Shown: positions 59,009-64,000 of the stretch, piece after piece
Position numbering within the stretch: position 1 is the stretch's first letter
Layout of the letters: each line of letters starts with the position of its first letter
Assembly (NCBI GenBank): GCA_963976795.1
Contig: CAXBLT010000006.1
Span: forward strand, 81,791-145,790
Direction: 5' to 3'
Source of the DNA: an uncultured Gammaproteobacteria bacterium
GTDB lineage: Bacteria > Pseudomonadota > Gammaproteobacteria > Eutrophobiales > Eutrophobiaceae
DNA length: 64,000 nt
Notes under the pieces: model-generated
Seen by the model: the letters and a program-made list of their open reading frames with translations, nothing else
The model's database searches: none
Told to the model about the DNA's origin: nothing
Translations under genes and position numbers: made by a program

Positions 59009-60022
59009 CTATACATCCTTGACACGAATTATCAACTTGCCTGTATTTGCGCCCGAATATAATTTTTTAACTGTTTCCAAGGCATTCTCCAAGCCATCAA
59101 CAACATCCTGGCGTACCTTTACCCTGCCTTCGCCCATCCATTGAGTCAGTGCGCTAATAGCCTCAGGATATCTATCCATATAATCAAGAATGATAAACCC
59201 TTGGATCTTAAGACGCTGCATTAACACCATTCCGTAATTTTTCGGCCCATGAACTTCACCAACAGCATTGTATTGAGACATGAGTCCGCAGGTTGAAATA
59301 CGTCCATTTAAATTCATTTGTTTTAGACAGGCATCAAGTATTTCGCCACCGACGTTGTCGAAATAAACATCAATTCCAGCTGGGCACGCTTGATGTAATG
59401 CCTCACTTATATTTTCAGTTTTGTAATTTATGGCCTTATCAAAGCCAAGGTCTTCAGTAATCCATCGGCATTTTTCATCCGTTCCTGTAAGTCCAACAAC
59501 ATGGCAACCTTGAATCTTGGCAATCTGTCCAACAATCGATCCGACTGCTCCTGCAGCGGTAGAAACAACAACTGTTTCACCTGCTTGTGGATGAGTAATA
59601 TCAAGTAAGCCGAAATAAGCTGTCGGGCCAACGAGGGCGAATGTGCCAAAAGCATCAACAATCGAAACAGAGCCCGTATCACCCATAACACTGACTGTTT
59701 CAGGTGTGCCAATTTGGTAGTCCGCCCAAGAACCTAAGCCGCTAACAATATCGCCTTCTTTAAAAACGGCATTCTTGCTTTTAACAACCGTCCCACATAC
59801 TACGCCGCGCATCGGATCATTGAGTGCTACTGGCGGCATATACTGATCCATATCGCTCATCCAGATACGGTTAGTAGGATCTAAAGATAGGTAATTAAGA
59901 CGAAAGAGGCATTCTCCCGTATCAGGTTCAGGTAGAGATTCTTCTTCAAGACTTAAGACGTCGTTCGTAATATCCCCAATAGGACGCTTACGCAATCGCC
60001 AGACACGGTTGATTTCAGACAT
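59009..60022 (-). CDS. NADPH-dependent alkenal/enone oxidoreductase (MDR family, YncB/CurA/PTGR-like).
   Basis: 337 aa. 'RLNYLSLDPTNRIWMSD' aligns with E. coli YncB/CurA 'RTVYLSLDPYMRGRMSD'. C-terminal 'GKLIIRVKDV' resembles 'GKVVIRVAGDD'. Confidence 0.85.
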   Translation of the reverse strand: MSEINRVWRLRKRPIGDITNDVLSLEEESLPEPDTGECLFRLNYLSLDPTNRIWMSDMDQYMPPVALNDPMRGVVCGTVVKSKNAVFKEGDIVSGLGSWADYQIGTPETVSVMGDTGSVSIVDAFGTFALVGPTAYFGLLDITHPQAGETVVVSTAAGAVGSIVGQIAKIQGCHVVGLTGTDEKCRWITEDLGFDKAINYKTENISEALHQACPAGIDVYFDNVGGEILDACLKQMNLNGRISTCGLMSQYNAVGEVHGPKNYGMVLMQRLKIQGFIILDYMDRYPEAISALTQWMGEGRVKVRQDVVDGLENALETVKKLYSGANTGKLIIRVKDV

Positions 60023-60057
60023 TAACTTAAAGACTACCCCTGAACTGTTATTTTATT

Positions 60058-60134
60058 ATTGTTGACAATTATATCGATAAAAACGAGTTTATAACGCGTA
60101 AATTAGCATTTCAACCCTATATTGTCGACAATTA
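60058..60134. promoter_or_regulatory. Bipartite operator copy 2: ATTGTTGACAATT (60058..60070) and ATTGTCGACAATTA (60121..60134), upstream of the YncB-like reductase gene.
   Basis: Same two boxes and about 60-bp box-to-box spacing as at 31751..31823. The intervening sequence is also conserved with copy 3 ('aaattagcatttcaaccctat'). Confidence 0.45.
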
Positions 60135-60200
60135 CCATAGTAATTGAAAAATGAAAGGACTATGTAGGAATGATAATGTATTTTCTATCTATTAGGGTGC

Positions 60201-60659
60201 TCAATCATTTACTACCTGAAATACTTCGTATTCCACCTTACCAGGCACCAAACGCCCGCGTGCAACACAAAAGATATTATTCACCCAACTATATCGTGCG
60301 TCGCCAGTTTGCATCCGTGGGTTAGTAAAAAAATATTGGTCTCCGAAATTTGTCCCGCTTTCGCCTTCAAGAGCCGCCATCGTTCCGGCAGTAAGTTCTA
60401 TTACCCCCGAATACTGAACATATATATTTGCACCATCATCTGTCTCGAAACTTGCCCTTACGTCTAGATGACCGTAGCCTTCCTCACTAATTGTCATCCA
60501 ATCTGCACAACTTGCGTCACGGATCTTACCGTTGAGTCTTTCACCCTTAAATTCTCCACCGTGTACTTCAAAGGTCATTCGTTTGCCAAAAGGACCATTA
60601 CCGATATCAAGCGCTGTACCTAAATTTGCATAATAAGTGAAAAGTGGTTCAAGTTTCAT
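60201..60659 (-). CDS. DUF3237-like small beta-barrel protein of unknown function (ATG start at 60659).
   Basis: The track ORF starts at a TTG (60686) that lies inside the operator box. The ATG giving 'MKLEPLFTYYANLG...' is preferred. 'GPFGKRMTFEVHGGEFKGERLNGKI...ADWMTISEEGYGHLDVRASFETDDGANIYVQYSG' resembles the DUF3237 family (assignment from memory). Confidence 0.6.
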   Translation of the reverse strand: MKLEPLFTYYANLGTALDIGNGPFGKRMTFEVHGGEFKGERLNGKIRDASCADWMTISEEGYGHLDVRASFETDDGANIYVQYSGVIELTAGTMAALEGESGTNFGDQYFFTNPRMQTGDARYSWVNNIFCVARGRLVPGKVEYEVFQVVND

Positions 60660-60675
60660 TGGATATCCTCTAAAA

Positions 60676-60754
60676 ATTGTTGACAATACTATGTGGTAAA
60701 TGCCAGTTTAGTTTGCTTAAATTAGTTTTTCAACCGTATATTGTCGACAATTAT
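60676..60754. promoter_or_regulatory. Bipartite operator copy 3: ATTGTTGACAATA (60676..60688) and TATTGTCGACAATTA (60738..60754), upstream of the DUF3237 gene.
   Basis: Same as copies 1 and 2. The spacer 'aaattagtttttcaaccgtat' is nearly identical to the copy 2 spacer. Confidence 0.45.
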
Positions 60755-61095
60755 GCCAGAGAGAGGCCACTATTATTGTAAGCCGAACAACGCGTAGTAT
60801 AGCTTTTTAGCATTTAAGTCTTAATTATAAACGGACATTAACATAATATTAACAAACCAAAACACTTGGTTTTCATTAATCCATACAGATCGAATGCAGT
60901 CATAAATAATACTGATATTAAACGTCCGATTCATTTTCGATCGTTTTACCTGAATACAGGCGAAACCTCTAATTGTTCAAAGACTAAAAGAATCAAGCAG
61001 ATAAAGGCAAAAAAAACGTCATTACGATTCTGGCATAATGGTTGCTGGCACAGAGCGGATTAATAATAAATTAAATAAATATTTAACGAGGAGAA

Positions 61096-63336
61096 ATGAA
61101 GATTACTACGGGAAATTCAAAAATTATATACACACTAACTGACGAAGCACCACTGTTAGCGACATACTCTTTGCTCCCCGTCATCAGAACATTTACCTCA
61201 GCAGCAGGTATAGATGTTGAGGTAAGTGACATTTCGGTGGCAGCTAGAGTACTTGCTACATTTCCTGATTACCTCACAGACGATCAAAAAGTTGAAGATA
61301 ACTTGGCAGAACTGGGGCGCCTAACTCAAGTACCTGATACAAATATTATCAAGCTTCCCAATATCAGTGCTTCAATTCCTCAATTAATAGCCACCATTGT
61401 TGAGTTGCAGTCAAAAGGCTACAACATTCCTGATTATCCTGAAGATCCAAAATCGGATGAAGATAAGCTTATTAAAGAACGCTATTCAAAAGTGCTCGGA
61501 AGTGCTGTCAATCCAGTACTTCGGGAAGGGAACTCAGATCGACGCGCACCCGATGCAGTTAAGCGAAGTGCACGCAAAAACCCACATTCAATGGAAAAGT
61601 GGAGCCCTGCGTCCCGCACCCATGTATCACATATGCATGGCGGTGATTTTTATAGTAGCGAAATTAGCATCACCATGGAACAGGCTTGTGATGTCAGGAT
61701 GGAACTGGAAACAACATCTGGTGAAATCATCATTCTGAAAGAAAAAACATCTTTACTGGAAGGTGAAATCATTGATGGTATGTATATGTGCAAACAGGCA
61801 CTTTGCGATTTCTATGAAGAACAAATGGAAGATGCTCGAGAGACAGGCGTCATGTTCTCCTTGCATGTAAAGGCCACCATGATGAAAATTTCTCACCCCA
61901 TCGTATTTGGTCATGCGGTTAAAGTTTTTTATAAAGAACTGTTCACTAAGTATGGCAACCTGTTTGATAAATTAGGGGTCAACCCGAATAATGGTATCAG
62001 TAGCGTTTACGATAAAATTCAAACCCTGCCCACTTCATTTCGCGAAGAGATAGAGCATGATATCCATGCCTGTTACCAACACCGCCCTGAACTAGCAATG
62101 GTTGATTCAGCAAAAGGAATTTCTAATCTACATGCACCCAATGATGTAATCGTTGATGCTTCTATGCCAGCAATGATTCGCTCAGGCGGCCAAATGTGGG
62201 GCCCAGATGGCAAACTAAAAGATACCAAGGCCGTGATTCCTGAAAGTACATTCGCACGCATTTATCAAGAAATGATTAACTTCTGTAAAACGCATGGCGC
62301 CTTCGATCCAACGACTATGGGTAGTGTGCCTAATGTTGGATTAATGGCCCAGAAGGCAGAAGAATATGGATCTCATGATAAAACCTTCGAGATCCAAACT
62401 GATGGTATCGCACGAATCGTCGATGATAAAGGTAATGTGCTGATCGAACAGAATGTGAAAGAAGGTGATATATGGCGCATGTGTCAAACTAAAGATGCTC
62501 CCATACGCGACTGGGTAAAACTGGCGGTAAATCGCGCACGCCAATCAGGCATGCCTGCCGTATTCTGGCTGGATGAGTACCGTCCGCACGAAATGGAATT
62601 AATAAAGAAAGTAAATCTTTATCTTCAAGATCACGACCTGACTGGACTCGATATCCAGATCATGTCCCAGACCCGCGCTATGCGTTATACCCTTGAGCGA
62701 ATTATTCGTGGTAAAGACACTATTTCTGTCACCGGCAACATCTTACGTGATTACCTCACTGACCTATTCCCAATTATGGAATTGGGAACCAGCGCCAAGA
62801 TGCTGTCGATCGTCCCTCTGATGGCAGGCGGCGGACTGTTTGAAACTGGTGCCGGTGGTTCTGCGCCGAAACATGTTAAGCAACTCATTGAAGAAAACCA
62901 TTTGCGCTGGGACTCTCTGGGTGAGTTTCTGGCCTTAGCCGTATCGCTGGAAGATATCAATATAAAAACGGGTAACAACAAGGCAAAAATATTAGCAAAG
63001 ACGCTAGATGAGGCCACCGGAAAATTACTGGATACTAACAAAGGTCCCTCACGAAGAACCGGTGAATTAGATAATCGTGGCAGTCATTTTTATCTTGCTA
63101 TGTATTGGGCGCAAGCGCTTGCAGAACAAACAGAAGATACAGAGCTACAATCTCAATTTTCTACATTGGCAAAATCGTTGGGAGAAAATGAACAAACGAT
63201 CGTTGAAGAACTAAACACTGCACAAGGCAAACCAGTTGATATCGGCGGTTACTTTATGCCAGTCATCGAAAAGGTAAGTAGCGTAATGCGTCCCAGTGCA
63301 ACGCTCAATAATATTTTGGGTACAGCACTGAAATAA
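61096..63336 (+). CDS. icd: Isocitrate dehydrogenase (NADP+), monomeric type.
   Basis: 746 aa. The N-terminus '[26 protein letters not shown]...[15 protein letters not shown]...[12 protein letters not shown]' is nearly collinear with the Azotobacter/Corynebacterium monomeric IDH. Confidence 0.95.
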   Translation: MKITTGNSKIIYTLTDEAPLLATYSLLPVIRTFTSAAGIDVEVSDISVAARVLATFPDYLTDDQKVEDNLAELGRLTQVPDTNIIKLPNISASIPQLIATIVELQSKGYNIPDYPEDPKSDEDKLIKERYSKVLGSAVNPVLREGNSDRRAPDAVKRSARKNPHSMEKWSPASRTHVSHMHGGDFYSSEISITMEQACDVRMELETTSGEIIILKEKTSLLEGEIIDGMYMCKQALCDFYEEQMEDARETGVMFSLHVKATMMKISHPIVFGHAVKVFYKELFTKYGNLFDKLGVNPNNGISSVYDKIQTLPTSFREEIEHDIHACYQHRPELAMVDSAKGISNLHAPNDVIVDASMPAMIRSGGQMWGPDGKLKDTKAVIPESTFARIYQEMINFCKTHGAFDPTTMGSVPNVGLMAQKAEEYGSHDKTFEIQTDGIARIVDDKGNVLIEQNVKEGDIWRMCQTKDAPIRDWVKLAVNRARQSGMPAVFWLDEYRPHEMELIKKVNLYLQDHDLTGLDIQIMSQTRAMRYTLERIIRGKDTISVTGNILRDYLTDLFPIMELGTSAKMLSIVPLMAGGGLFETGAGGSAPKHVKQLIEENHLRWDSLGEFLALAVSLEDINIKTGNNKAKILAKTLDEATGKLLDTNKGPSRRTGELDNRGSHFYLAMYWAQALAEQTEDTELQSQFSTLAKSLGENEQTIVEELNTAQGKPVDIGGYFMPVIEKVSSVMRPSATLNNILGTALK

Positions 63337-63340
63337 AACA

Positions 63341-63380
63341 AAAACGGGTACAACTTAGTAAGTTGTACCCGTTTTATTTA
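63341..63380. terminator. Bidirectional Rho-independent terminator between convergent icd and the TetR gene.
   Basis: AAAACGGGTACAACTT-agta-AGTTGTACCCGTTTT. This is a 15-16-bp perfect stem flanked by A/T runs on both sides. Confidence 0.8.
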
Positions 63381-63961
63381 TACACCGTTTTCATAATCAT
63401 ATTTACCAGCGGGGCTAGTTCATTTTTGTTAGCACCACTCTTTACCATCGTTCTTAAACCGCTAACGTTAGAAACGATATAGTTAACCAGAATATCTGTG
63501 CTCACTGTTGATGTTATCGCGCCCTCTTTTTTTCCGAGCTTGATGGCTTCTTTAATCACCCCTGCTATATTGGCAAATCCATTCAGCACCACTGTAGACA
63601 CCGTTTTGTCTCTGTGTGATAACTCGTTCGCGGTATTGACTAAAAAACAACCTTTTTTCTTTTTTGATGCAGCTTCGGCAATGACATCTTCTAGTAATTT
63701 TTTCATAAACGCCTTACTAGTGGGAGAATCATTTAAGCATTGTTGCAATGCATCAACTGAGGTTTGTTGATAGAAATCTATGCTGCGTAAAAACAATTCA
63801 TGTTTACTACCATAGGTCTGATACAAACTGCTTTTTGACAATTTCATCACATCAAGCAAATCCTGAAGCGAGGTCGCTTCATAACCTGCGCGCCAAAACT
63901 GTTGCATAGCAACCTCTAACGCGTGCTCAGTATTAAATTCTCTTGGTCTTCCCGGGTTCAT
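63374..63961 (-). CDS. TetR/AcrR-family transcriptional regulator. The probable start is the ATG at 63961; the track ORF continues to the window edge.
   Basis: N-terminal HTH 'GRPREFNTEHALEVAMQQFWRAGYEATSLQDLLDVMKLSKSSLYQTYGSKHELF' is typical of TetR. About 195 aa from the internal Met. Confidence 0.75.
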   Translation of the reverse strand: MNPGRPREFNTEHALEVAMQQFWRAGYEATSLQDLLDVMKLSKSSLYQTYGSKHELFLRSIDFYQQTSVDALQQCLNDSPTSKAFMKKLLEDVIAEAASKKKKGCFLVNTANELSHRDKTVSTVVLNGFANIAGVIKEAIKLGKKEGAITSTVSTDILVNYIVSNVSGLRTMVKSGANKNELAPLVNMIMKTVYK

Positions 63962-64000
63962 TATGTAGACTATTGTGGACTTAGCAGTCCTTATTTTCAA

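Noticed and set aside
60866-61063. 65-aa ORF upstream of icd.
   Set aside because: It lies in the icd promoter region, has low complexity and no support.

Overview
This 64-kb window looks like a low-GC (about 40%) gammaproteobacterial chromosome segment, probably from a marine heterotroph. The gene orders cysS / ppiB-lpxH and ampD-ampE ... nadC are typical of gammaproteobacteria. All calls below come from reading the translated ORFs and the DNA; no database searches were run.

Content along the window:
- Two very large secreted surface proteins. One is a partial Calx-beta protein at the window start. The other is a 1135-aa adhesin with three tandem eukaryote-like calcium-binding EGF modules, Ig-like (He_PIG / dystroglycan-type cadherin-like) repeats and cadherin-like repeats, carrying internal DNA tandem repeats.
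- A four-gene tRNA cluster on the minus strand (Pro-Arg-His-Lys) with a sigma70-like promoter.
- Housekeeping genes: cysS, ppiB, lpxH, ampD, ampE, nadC, ppsA, ppsR and monomeric icd.
- A 786-bp miniature element bounded by perfect 16-bp inverted repeats. It carries a REP-associated tyrosine transposase-like (Y1/IS200-like) gene and sits exactly at the lpxH stop codon.
- An egtC-egtB-like pair: a class-II amidotransferase followed by a DinB/FGE-sulfatase-type sulfoxide synthase.
- A secreted ankyrin-repeat protein, a retropepsin-like protease, a Sel1-SPOR protein, a tandem pair of paralogous proteins of unknown function, a PepSY protein, a TonB-dependent receptor and a MatB-like malonyl-CoA synthetase.
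- A propionate/methylcitrate cluster: GntR-type regulator, prpB, prpC, then ppsR-ppsA and prpE, with no dehydratase. The same bipartite palindromic operator (ATTGTTGACAAT ... ATTGTCGACAATTA) lies upstream of the GntR gene and recurs twice more upstream of a YncB-like NADPH reductase gene and a DUF3237 gene.
- An atoDA-atoE-GST block (CoA transferase subunits plus a short-chain fatty acid transporter).

The most interesting region is 36.5-58.9 kb. It holds a four-gene envelope module (DUF1302 outer-membrane-like protein, DUF1329 periplasmic protein, BNR/Ycf48-like beta-propeller protein and an RND/MMPL-type exporter). Divergent from it is an AcoR/AcxR-type sigma54 enhancer-binding protein. Next to that lies a nine-gene minus-strand operon with a sigma54 -24/-12 promoter. 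The operon encodes a five-subunit acetophenone/acetone-carboxylase-like complex (two HyuA-like subunits, one HyuB-like, a 15-kDa zinc-ribbon gamma subunit and a 32-kDa subunit), then an acyl-CoA ligase, a thiolase and two MDR dehydrogenases. I infer an uncharacterised ATP-dependent ketone-carboxylation catabolic pathway coupled to a hydrophobic-substrate envelope transport module.
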